Shown here piece after piece: positions 9,946-21,900 of a stretch of DNA of 64,000 nt. The DNA is from Mobula hypostoma (lineage: Eukaryota). Under the pieces are notes generated by a model. That model had not been told where the DNA came from, searched no databases, and saw only the letters and a program-made list of their open reading frames with translations. The DNA lies in contig NC_086109.1 of the NCBI RefSeq assembly GCF_963921235.1, forward strand, positions 4,776,001 through 4,840,000, written 5' to 3'. Made by a program: the position numbers and the translations under genes. How positions within the stretch are numbered: the stretch's first letter is position 1; each line of letters starts with the position of its first letter.

Positions 9946-12900
9946 CTTTAGTTGGGAGATTTAAAAAAATTGATTATAGGTACCATAAATGCAAATACAC
10001 TCTTCAGTATTGTATAAGTAATTCATTACTGATACTGAACAAAACAGTATTGTATGGTCTTAATTATATCACTAGTTCTGCATTAAAAGTGACCATACTG
10101 TAAACAGAGATAAGGAAAATAATTTTAGAAATAGGACTCTAGTTCATATTACAAGGTGTTTCTGGTCTCAGGTCGTTTTTTTTTGTTACTCTATCATGCA
10201 CTTTTGATTGGGGCAGATTGCAAATAACAAACTGAACTGAACAGAACTGAATATGCCTGGACTCTTCGATTTTTTGTTTTCTATTCTGTTTTTCACTTTT
10301 TTTTAAGTTGCCGTTTGTGCAATTTTATTTTGCAAGGGAGGGTTGATTTTTTTTGTTGAATGCTTCCATGGTTTTCTGTGTTTCATGGCTGTCTGTTGGA
10401 AAATGAATCTCAAAATTGTAGACTACTTACACATTTTGATAATAAATGTACTTTGAATTTAAATTTTCTATCTTTGAGTTTTGCTTGAGGTCTTGAACAA
10501 ATTCTAATGATTTTTGGGTTCCTGTGCATGCTACAATCTTTGACAAGCACCAAATATTGCAGAATCAGAAATAAGGATCAGAATCAGGCTTATTATCACT
10601 GATATCTGTTGTGAAATTTGTCTTGTGGCAGCAGTTGAGTGCAGTAAGAAATATATACGGGGTGACAGGGTGAAGATATGCTTCTACCAAAGGAGGTGTA
10701 AGGCACTCCTTTCCTCTGCTAGCCTGTGGGTCACCCTTAGACAAGGTGTAGCACCTGCTTAGTCACTTGATCAGGGTCACATGAAGCCACGGGAGCAGTC
10801 GTATGAGCAGCTGGTGCACATCCAGGTCCTGGTTATGTGACCACTGACACCAGGCAGACAATCTCTGAAGAGTATTGATAATGGCCAGGGTCACCTGTCT
10901 TGTAAAGATACCGCCCAGAAGAAACCGCTTCTGTAGAAATATTATATATTCTGTAGGATAACTGCTTTCTCTGGGCAGTGTCTTAAATAAATAATGCAAA
11001 AATAGTGAGGTCATGTTCATGGGTTCACGAACCATTCAGAAATTTGATAGCAGAAGCTGTTCCCAAAACATTGAGTGAGGCTCCAGTAACTACTGCTTGA
11101 TGGTAGTAATACTATGCACAGTGATTTATAAATTAATAATGATTAATCCTGCTATAGCAGATCCATCAGACAAGGAGAGTTTCAGTAGGTTGGATCTGCA
11201 TTCTTTAGGTTAGAAGAATGGGAGGATGCCACAAGCCCATAAGTAGTAGAAGCAAAGTTAGGCCATTCAGCCCATCAAGTCTGCTCTGCCATTCCATCAT
11301 GGCTGGTTTATTTTCCCTTTCAACCCCATTCTCCTGCCTTCTCCCAGCAACCTATGATGTCCTGACTAATCAAGAACCTATCAATCTCTGCTTTAAATAC
11401 ACCCAAATGACTTGGCCTCTACAGATGTCTGTGACAACAAATTCCACAGATTCACTACCCTGTGGCTAAAGTTATTCCTCCTCATCTCTGTCTAAAGGGT
11501 TATCCTTCTATTCTGAGGTTGTGCTATTTCTAGATCCTTCCCCGCCCCCCCCATCGGAAACATTCTCCCAATGTCCACTTGATCTAGGCTTATCGTTATA
11601 CAAGTTTCAATGAGATTATCCCTGATACTTCTAAACTACAGCGAGTACAGATCCAGAGCCATAAAATGTTTCTCATCCATTAACTCTTACAATCCCAGGA
11701 TCATTCTTGTAAACCACTTTTGGACCTTCTCCGATGCCAGCACATTCTTTCTTAGATCTGGGGCTCAACACTGCTCATAACACTCCAAATATGGTCTGAT
11801 AAATGCTTTATAAATACCTGAATAAGATATCCAAAGATCAGACTACAAGATATAGGAGCAGAATCAGGCCATTCGGCCCATTGAGTCTGTTTTAATTGTG
11901 GAAGGATCAACAGGGTAGAGATGGAGCAGGTTTATTCTGGCAGCGGTGTCCAGAACTTGAGGTCACAATCTCAAAATAAGGACTATTTAGGACTGAAACA
12001 AGGTTTAACTTCATAACTGTGCTGTTGCTACAGAACAACAAATTTCAAGAATATGTCAGTGATAATAAACCTGATTCTGAATTAGGAATTTCTGCAGAAC
12101 TCAGGATGAGGGGAGCAATTACTTGTGGGGACTAGCGCCAAATGAAAGTGAGCAGGACCTGTCAGGATCTTCTGCAGAGCCTGAGATCACTTGGGTAATT
12201 AGATAACTGGCAAGGGCCAATAAAAATAATTTGGGTTTTAGCTGTTCACATTTACGTCCTGACATCTCTGTCCGTGATGAGGCCACACTCAGATTGGAGG
12301 AGCAACACCTCAGATTCAACATCAGCATCTTCTCAGCAATCTGAAACTACTTCTTAACTTCTCTTGCTCAGTTCTGACATAAGGTCTCTGACCCAAATCA
12401 TTAAATGCTCTCATTACAGATGTTGCCTTTACTGAGATTTTCCAGTATTTTTGCATTTTTAGTCAGTTTTGAAGCAGATTCTCCTTTACACGTTCAGATT
12501 TCAAGTGACAATTAGTGTTATCTCCAAATGGTATTTCTAAAAGTCTCTGAGAAACATTTTATTAATATTACCAACAAATATGAATGAATATTTCAGAGCC
12601 CAATGCTGACCTCAAAGAACCTTACTTGCAACAGAAGACAACTGTTTTACAAGAATGTTTCCCGAAACACGTCTGAAGATAAATACTTACCAGTAGTAGC
12701 TGTTGTGGTATTTTGCATCGCTGTTGTGTTGTTACTTCCAGCTAATAAAGGAGAGAGAAATAAGATTATTCAAAGAGAAAGAAATAGGATTACTGAATGT
12801 CATTAGGTACAACTTGAAAAGAATATCCCTTAAACTTTTGCTAGTGATAAATAGTGTAATTGTGTGTAGAAGTGGTCTTCCTACTCACAGCCAATGAAGG

Positions 12901-15900
12901 GGAAAGAAATAAAATCATTTAACTCAGAAGGTAACAACCTGACAAACATATTCTTTAAACCTTTACTGGTGACAAATACTTACTTGTTGGTGTAGAAGTT
13001 GTATTGCTACTCGCAGCTAAATTATTCAAACATCTCAGAAAGCAACAGCTTTACAACCTCTGCAAGGGACTGGCAGCTGTTGGTGGACCTTGAACAGCAG
13101 CTGAAGTTCCCCAACCATATGGCAGCCACCACCCTGCGACCAGACATTGTCCTAACATTTTGAGTCTACTAAGCAAGTGGTGCTGCTGGAGCTGACAGTC
13201 CCATGGGAAGATCGCTTGGAAGAGACCTTTGAAAGGAAGCTCTCCAACTGTCAGCAGGCTGGATGGAGAGCGAGGTGTCTCCCAGTGGAGGTTGGTTGTA
13301 GGGGATTCGTAGCCTGTTCCTTAGTTACAGCCTTCAGCAATTTGGGCATCGAGGGAGAGAGGAAGAGGAGAGCCATCTGCAGTACCACCGATGCGGCAGA
13401 GAGGGCCTCAAGATGGCTGTGGCTCCAAAGAGGGGAGCCATGGAGTCATAAGTAGCTAGCCATCTGGACACAAGCTGGGGTCTGATCAGCCCCGGCTGGG
13501 TCACCTGGAGGAGGTTGTATGATGTTGAAAGACCCGAAACACCCAATGATTCCGGGAACATCACTGAAGATGTGTCCAGAAGCATCAGTAGATGTATGTA
13601 CACAGCTGGTGACAAATACTTACTTGCTGGTGTAGAAGTTATATTGATACTTGCAGCTAAAGGGGAAAGAAATAGAATCACGGTCAAATTCAGAACAGTT
13701 TTATAAGAAAATCTCTTGAGCCCAAATTAGATGCTCAGTTGGTGTACTTAGAATGATGATACTTGTAGGTAACAAAGTGGAAAGAAACATAATTATTCAA
13801 ACATCTCAGAAAGCAACAGCTTTGCAACAATACTCCATTAACCATTGCAAGTGAAGTAAACACAGAAATGGTTGGTAAAACTCAGCGGGTCAAGCAATAT
13901 CTGAGGAGGAAGAAAGTTAATTTTTCAGCTCAAAGACCTTTCATCAGAACGCACTGTTACTCAAGTTCAGTAATCACCTTGCTGTAGATGACCAAGATTG
14001 TGGGCAGACTCTGTTTGTGTTTAGCTATCCTCCACTCAGAAGCAAGTCGCCTCGGGTTCAGCACAAGAAATTGCCACAATTTGTGTTCTTGGTTTGGCCA
14101 CACAGACTGGTTTCTAACCATATCGGCTCAGTTCTGTCTGCAGCAAGTCAAGTTTCCTGCCTCACTCAAACCCACTGGCTGATGGTGCGATCAATAATTC
14201 TACTGTAGCACATGTACTGATCAGTGATATGAAAGGAATTTTGGGTGTGACATGATCTGAAATAGTTTGAGAACATTTGCTGTAAAATGCAAATCAAATA
14301 ACAATCCAACATTACAACAATTCCACCTTTATTTCTCCTCCACTGCTCTTGTCTAAGCTGCTGGTGAATTCCAACACTCACTACTTTATACCAAGTACAG
14401 TTCTCATCTTTTTTTCCTCAAGCAAGGTCTCGATGCAGAGTTGACAGGTTTCATTTCTTTTTCCACAGATGCTGCTTGACTGGCTGAGATCTTCCAGTGT
14501 TTGTATTTTTGTTGCAGATTCCTGCATCTGCAGTTTCCTTCCTCACTCAACGTGTTCTGGTTGATGTCTGGCAAAGAGATCTGGACCTTTGAGTCCCGAA
14601 TACAGACAAGAAACAGAGGTCCTTCATGGTCAGTATGGACATAGGAGGGTTAAAGGTTTCTTTCTGTACCGTACAACTAAACAGATGTGTAGTGGAGAGT
14701 GTATCGACTAGCTGCATCAAAATCTGGTATGGAAAAACCAATACCTTTGAATGCAACTTACTACAAAAGGTGCTAGATTCAGCCCAGTATATCACAGCCA
14801 TATCCCTCCCAGCTATTGAGCACATCTACATGAAATAGGTAGGAAAGCAGCATCCATCATCAGAGATCCCCACCACCTAGGCCAAGCTCTTTTCTCGCTG
14901 CTGCCATCAGATAGAAGGTACAAGAGCCTCAGGACCCGCACCAGCAGGATCAAGAACAGTACTATCCCTCAACATCAGGCTCTTGAATAAAAGGGGATAA
15001 TGACACTCACTAGCCCATCCATTGAGATGTTCCCACAATCAATGATCTCACTTTAAGGAAGTTTGTTGTCTTCTGCACTCTGGTTGATCTTTCATTGATC
15101 CTGTTATAGTTACTATTCTATAGATTAGCTGAGTATGCCCACAAGAAAATGCATCTCAGTGTTGTATATGCTGACGTACATGTACTTTGAACTTTACACC
15201 CAAAGGCAGATGGCTTGCTGGGTGGTGCTGCTGACTGGGCCGGAATGGAACATCCCACACTGTATCTGAAGGGGTATGAGCCAAGTAGCACTTGTTGGGG
15301 AGCAGCCTTGGTTGGCAGGGATGGGTTGGGACAAAGAGACAATTTTAATGTTGTACAACTTTATAACTCGTATTTGGTATTCTCCAAAGGAAGAGCCAAA
15401 GAGTGGTAGTAGAGAATTGCTTCTCCGAGTGGAGGCCTGTGACTAGTGGTGTGCCACAGGGATCAGTGCTGGGTCCATTGTTATTTGTCATCTATATCAA
15501 TGATCTGGATGATAATGTGGTAAATTGGATCAGCAAATTTGCTGATGATACAAAGATTGGAGGTGTAGTAGACAGTGAGGGCAGCTGGAAAAATGGGCTG
15601 AAAAATGGCAGATGGAGTTTAATACAGACAAGTGTGAGGTATTGCACGTTGGAAGGACAAACCAAGGTAGAACATACAGGGTTAATGATAAGGCACTGAG
15701 GAGTGCAGTGGAACAGAGGGATCTGGGAATACAGATACAAAGTTCCCTAAAAGTGGCGTCACAGGTAGATAGGGTCGTAAAGAGAGCTTTTGGTACATTG
15801 GCCTTTATTAATCAAAGTATTGAGTATAAGAGCTGGAATGTTATGATGAGGTTGTATGAGGCATTGGTGAGGCCGAATCTGGAGTATTGTGTTCAGTTTT

Positions 15901-18900
15901 GGTCACCAAATTACAGGAAGGATATAAATAAGGTTGAAAGAGTGCAGAGAAGGTTTACAAGGATGTTGCCGGGACTTGAGAAACTCAGTTACAGAGAAAG
16001 ATTGAATAGGTTAGGACTTTATTCCCTGGAGCGTAGAAGAATGAGGGGAGATTTGATAGAGGTATATAAAATTATGATGGGTATATACAGAGTGAATGCA
16101 AGCAGGCTTTTTCCACTGAGGCAAGGGGAGAAAAAAGCCAGAGGACATGGGTTAAGGGTGAGGGGGGAAAAGTTTAAAGGGAACATTAGCGGGGGGCTTC
16201 TTCACACAGAGAGTGGTGGGAGTATGGAATGAGCTGCCAGACGAGGTGGTAAATGCAGGTTCTTTTTTTAACATTTAAGAATAAATTGGACAGATACATG
16301 GATGGGAGGTGAATGGAGGGATATGGTCCGTGTGCAGGTCAGTGGGACTAGGCAGAAAATGGTTCGGCACAGCCAAGGAGGGCCAAAAGGCCTGTTTCTG
16401 TGCTGTAGTTTCTATGGTTTCTATGGTAGTGGAGGTGCGAGGAGAGAGGGGTAAGAGGGGAGTCAGAATGGAGAATGGAAAAAGAGAGAAGGGGAGGGGG
16501 AGAAATTACTGGCAGTTAGAGAAATCCATGTTCACATCATCTGGTCTACTCAAAATGGGCAGTGAAGTCTGTTTTTTTTGCCAAAACAGTTAACGCTTAC
16601 AGCTCATTTGTTAATGTCAATCACTCACAACAACCAAAATTGCTTTTTTAAAAGTGAAGATTTCAGGAAGTGAACAAGATTGCAGTTGAGTAAAACATGT
16701 CAACCTTACAAAAATGATTTCACCATATTGTAGATAACAATTCTGCAGTATGTTGAAAATGGGGTGTCAGGGAGGGGTAGCACCTCTGGTGGGGGAACAT
16801 ATCGCCTCCTTTTCAGGGCGGTTGGTCCACCTTTGGTCCCCACCTGGCACTCAGCTCTCACCTGTGGCTCCCCGTAGCTGTTTGCATGTGACAGCGGCCA
16901 CACCCCGGGCAACGGCTTCGACAAGCCGGCTAAACCAGGTGAGGGTAGCCGACGGGTCTCAAACCCTCGGTGAGATAGGGAGTTGAAAGATAGGGAGATG
17001 AAAACATAAAGGGCTGAAGAAGAAGGAATCTGATAGGAGAGGACAGTGGACCACGGGAGAAAGGGGGAAGGAGGAAGGCCACCAGAGGGGGGGATAATAG
17101 TCTGGTGAGGAGAGGAGAAGGGAGAAGAGGTGAGTGAGAATGGGAACTGGAAAAAGAAGGAAGGGAGAAGGAGGAGAAATTACTGTAAGTTGAAGAAATG
17201 AATGATCAGACTGGAGGCTATCCAGGTAGAGTATGAGGGGATGACCTTATGTCAGAACTGAGCACGAGAAGGATCTCTCACTACAACTCCTTGCCCATCC
17301 TCGGGCTTCCCCCTCTCCCCCTTTCTCTCTCCCTAGGCCTCCTGTCCCATGATCCTCTCATATCCCTTTTGCCAATCACCTGTCCAGCTCTTGGCTCCAT
17401 CCCTCCCCCTCCTGTCTTCTCCTATCATTTTGGATCTCCCCCTCCCCCTCCCACTTTCAAATCTCTTACTAACTCTTCCTTCAGTTAGTCCTGACGAAGG
17501 GTCTCGGCCCGAAACGTCGACTGTACCTCTTCCTAGAGATGCTGCCTGGCCTGCTGCGTTCACCAGCATTTTGTGTGTGTGCTGGTCTACCCTGACCAGC
17601 GTTGAGGGCAATTATCTCAGGAGAGAAAGAGACAACAGAAGGAGTTCTGTACCTCTGCATGTTGGTGGGCTGGGACTCCATTTTCCATTTGCTTCACAAG
17701 TAATCTTTGCTGCACCAACCAGTATCAGACCAGGTACACAGGAATACGATGCAACCACTCCATATTCCCAGAATTCTCGGTTGTCAAGTTCTGAAACTGT
17801 CCCATTAGCGATAGTTGGAGGATCTGGACATTTTACAACTGTGGGAAGTTAAACACAGGGCTGTCAGATTAGGGCAGCAGGGTACCGTAGTGGTAAGGCA
17901 CTAGAGAAACCTCACTTGGCTTATTGTGAACAGATTTGGTCCCCAAATCTAAGAAAGGATGCACTGACATTGGAGTGGGTTCAAAGGAGGCTCACAGAAA
18001 TGATTCTGAGATTGCAAGGTTTATCATATGAGGAGGTTTTTACGGCTCTGGGCCTGTACTCACTAGAATTCAAAAGAATGAAGGGGGATCTCATTGAAAT
18101 CTGTTGAATGTTGGAAGGCCGCTTCAGAATAGATGTGGAGAGGATGATTACTGTTTTGGGTGAGTCTAAGTCCAGACGACACAACCTCAAAGGGACATTC
18201 ATTTCGAACAGAGGTGAAGAGGTATTTCTTTAGCCGGAGAATCTGTGGAATTCGTTGCCACAGGCAGCTGTGGAGGTCAAGTCGTTGGGTATATTAAGGC
18301 AGAGGTTGATAGATTCTTGATTAGCCAGGGCATGAAGGGATACATGAAGAAAGGAGGAGATTGGGGCTGAGGTGATTTGACGGGCCAAATGGCCCAGTTC
18401 TGCTCCTATATCTTACGGTTTTATGGTCTTATAGTGCAGAATAAGTGCGTGATCCAGGATGTTATGCTGACTGCTGGAAATAAAGAGCCGCCACTCTAAG
18501 TTTTGATCTTGTGACTGCACAGACAAATCCGCTGCCTGATGTGGAACTTCGTCTCACCTTCACACGTGGGCACCTGGCCAGTCCAGCCATCAACATCACA
18601 CTGCCGAGTGTCACGGCCTACCAACTTGAATCTGCAGGAAGGAAAAAGAAACAGGACAGGGTAGTCAAATAAAAAAATTCCCAATATCAAATGCAGAAGA
18701 ACATAATCACATTCTCAGAACAAAGACCAAGCATTAAAATGTGTCAGACCATTTGAACAATGCTCTTAAAGTAAAGGATATGTACTGAATCTCACTTGCA
18801 TAAGATCAGAGTGCAAGTTAATATTTCTCATGAATTACTGTAGTTCTTGGCAGTTTTGCCTAAAGCTGCTCAGGTCCCAAGATCTGAATTTACTCCAGCC

Positions 18901-21900
18901 CTCTTTGCTCGTTCAAGTTAAGTTCTGACCAAACCCAGTAAACGTGATACCAGTATACAAAGGAGATGCAAGAGAGGGTTACATCATTCAGTAAGACCAT
19001 TGTTGATTCACTGTAACTTCAAAGCATTCCCTCCCACTCTCGGTAACTTCTCATTGCCATCCTGATCAGGCTTCAGTCGGCTTTGGATATTCAAAGGACA
19101 GAATAAGCTAAGACTTTTAGAGACTCAAGGCATTACAGGGCCACTGACCCAGGTTTTAATTCCCACCACTGTCCACAAGGAGTTTGTTCTCCCCATGCCC
19201 GCGTGGGCGTCCCCTGGGTGCCCTGGTTTCCTCTCATGTTCCAAGGATGTACAGTTTAGGGTTAGTGAGCTGCTGGTATGTTATATTGGTGCCGGAAGCT
19301 TGGCAACACTTGTAGGCTGACCCCAGCATATCCTTGGACTGTGTTGGTCATTGACACCATTGGTACATTTCACTGGATGTTTCGATGCACATGGTAAATA
19401 AAGATAATCTTTAATCAAAATAAAATGACGCGTCTTATCCTGCCGAAGGGTTTCAGCCCAAAACGCGGACTGTACTCTTTTTCTAGATGCTACCTGACCT
19501 GCTGAGTTCCTCCAGCATTTTGTGTGTGTTGCTCAGATTTCCAGCATCTGCAGACTTCTCTTGTTTGCGTCTTATCTTACGTGGAGGAACTCACTCAGCA
19601 GATCAGATGGCATTTATAGAGAGGAATAAACAGTCAATCTTTTGAGCCGTGAACATTCATCAGGACTATTCCTTTGCATAGATGCTGCCTGACCTGATGA
19701 TTTCTTCCAGCATTTTGTGCACGCTACTCTGCATTTCCAGTTTCTGAAGAATCTTTTGTGTTCATCTCACCTGGACAATCTCAGGTCGAACCTCCCACAA
19801 GATGGAACCCATTTCCCACATCCACCCTGTCGAGACTTATCAGGAGCTGACTCAGTCAGGCCTTTCCCACCCTTCTGAGTTCCAATGGACACAACACCAG
19901 TCTGACCAACCTTTACGCAGAAGACAACAAACCCATTCGAAGTATTCCACTAAGAGACCTTCTCTGGACTGCTCCCAATATAGTTACATTTCCCCTTCAC
20001 TAAGGAGACCAGTACGTATGTAGTTTTCGAGATAGCATCTCACCAATCCTCCATGTAATTTATGCATTATGTATTAAATTCACAGTAGACACTGTGTTGG
20101 CCTCAATTCTAGCCTTCTGCCAGGACATCCTGATGCCTTGGGATCTCACTGTTGCATCTTCTCTCAGTGGTAACCTGCCCCGACACTTTCTCTCTCACTA
20201 CCATTCAGGGCCTCAAACAGCCCTTCCTCGTGAGGCAACACTTCACCTGTGAGTATGTCAGGGTATTGGGTTCTCCCCATGCAGCCTCCTCTACATCAGT
20301 GAAACCCAATGTAGATTTGGACCCACCTTCACTCTATCCGTGACAAAAGGTGGGATTTCCCAGTGGCCATCCATTTCAATTTGACTTCCCATTCCCATAT
20401 TTTGGTCCATGGCCTTGTCTACTACCATGATGAGGCATTTGGAGGAACAAAAACTCATATTCCGTCTAGGGAGCCTCCAACCTGAGGGCACAAACAATTA
20501 TTCTGACTTCGGATTATTTCTTCCCCCTTGCTCCTTCTCCCATTCCCCATCCTGGCTCCCCTCTTACTCCTTCTCTTCTCCTCATCTCCCTCTAGTTTCT
20601 TCCCCTACAACCGTCTTCTCCGGTCCACTCTTCGCTCCTATCAGATTCCTCCCTCTTCAGTCCTTTACTTCTTCCACCTATCCCCTTTCAGCTTCTCACT
20701 TCCTCCTCCCTCCCCCACCCATCCACCTTTCCCACTTTCCAGCTTGCACTCCTTCTCCCCCCACCACCTTCTTATTCTGGCTTCTGCCCCCTTCCTTTTC
20801 AGTCCTGGTGAAGGGCCAGCCTAAAAAGTCAACTGTTTATTCCTTTGCATAGATGCCGAGTTCCTCCAGTATTTTGTGTGTGTTGCTCTGGATTTCCAGA
20901 ATCTCTTGTATTTATGTTTCCTTTTCATGTTGAATCGGATATAAATGAGAGGGAAAATAAATGGCGGAGCAGACTCGATGGGATGAATGGCCGAACTCAG
21001 ATCCTGTATCTTAATATGCGGGAATATGCGGACAACAAGCAAAGTGTGTGGTGGTCAATACAGACGCAGTGGGCTGAGGGCTTGTCTGTACTCTCTTTCA
21101 CTCCATGAAATATACAACAGCACAGGGAAAGGGACAGGTCCTTTGGTTCACATGTTGTGCTGAACCAAATTAGAAATCAAATGGCCAACCAACCCATATT
21201 TCTCACATTCACGTGTCCACCTAAACTTCTCTTAAAAGTCCCTAACGTATCTGCCACTACCTCCATCCCTAATGCACCCACTACTCTCCATAAAAAAAAG
21301 TTGGCTCTCACATTTCGTTTAAAATTTCCCCTTCTCATCTTAAGTCCATGCCCTCTGGTATTAGTCATTTCGACCCTAGGAAAAAGATACCAAGCCTTTC
21401 ATTATCTTATAAACCTCTACTGGATCTTCCCTCAGCCTCCGCCGCTCGAGAGAAAAGAACTCCAAGTTTGTCCAACCTCTCGTTATAGCACATGACCCCT
21501 CATCCAGGCAGCATTCTGATAAACCTCCTCTGCAGCCTCTCCAAAGCATCCACATCCTTTCTGTAATGGGGGTGACCAGAACTGTATGCAATATTCCAGA
21601 AGCCATCTATCTAAAGTTTTATAAAGCTGCAACTTTAAAATCAATCAACAACTAATAAACGCAGGCATGTCATGTGCCTTCTGAACCACTCAATCAACCT
21701 GTGTAGCTCTTTCAGGAAGCAATGAACTTGGACTCCAAGGTCCATCTGCTCATGAACACCATTAAGGGTCCCACATGAGGTCAAATGTTATTTCCTTGCC
21801 CTCTAATAAGAGCTTTTTTTAAAATATATTTTCCCACTGGGTATTTTTTAATCTAATAAACAAGTAATGCATTTTGTTCAGCTTATAACAGTGAGAACAC

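Larger units (their letters stand above)
14371..16985 (+). repeat. Segmental duplication copy A', inside the CCP3-stalk intron
   Basis: Near-identical to 1-2616; the match ends abruptly at 16985. Confidence 0.97.

Noticed and set aside
12119..12328. ORF with hydrophobic [11 protein letters not shown] as a transmembrane exon
   Set aside because: Wrong phase relative to the stalk exons, poor acceptor, partly Penelope-derived.
13505..13550. Hammerhead-like TGATG...GAAAC in the HERO 3' end
   Set aside because: It lacks the CUGANGA core and a proper cleavage triplet.
2616..16985. Simple 14.37-kb head-to-tail tandem duplication model
   Set aside because: It predicts a novel junction at 2616/2617, but the element there is continuous with both TSDs; the break is at 16985.
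13657..17652. A fourth CCP exon
   Set aside because: No Cys/Trp-patterned open exon with splice sites was found by eye; the region is repeats plus block A'.
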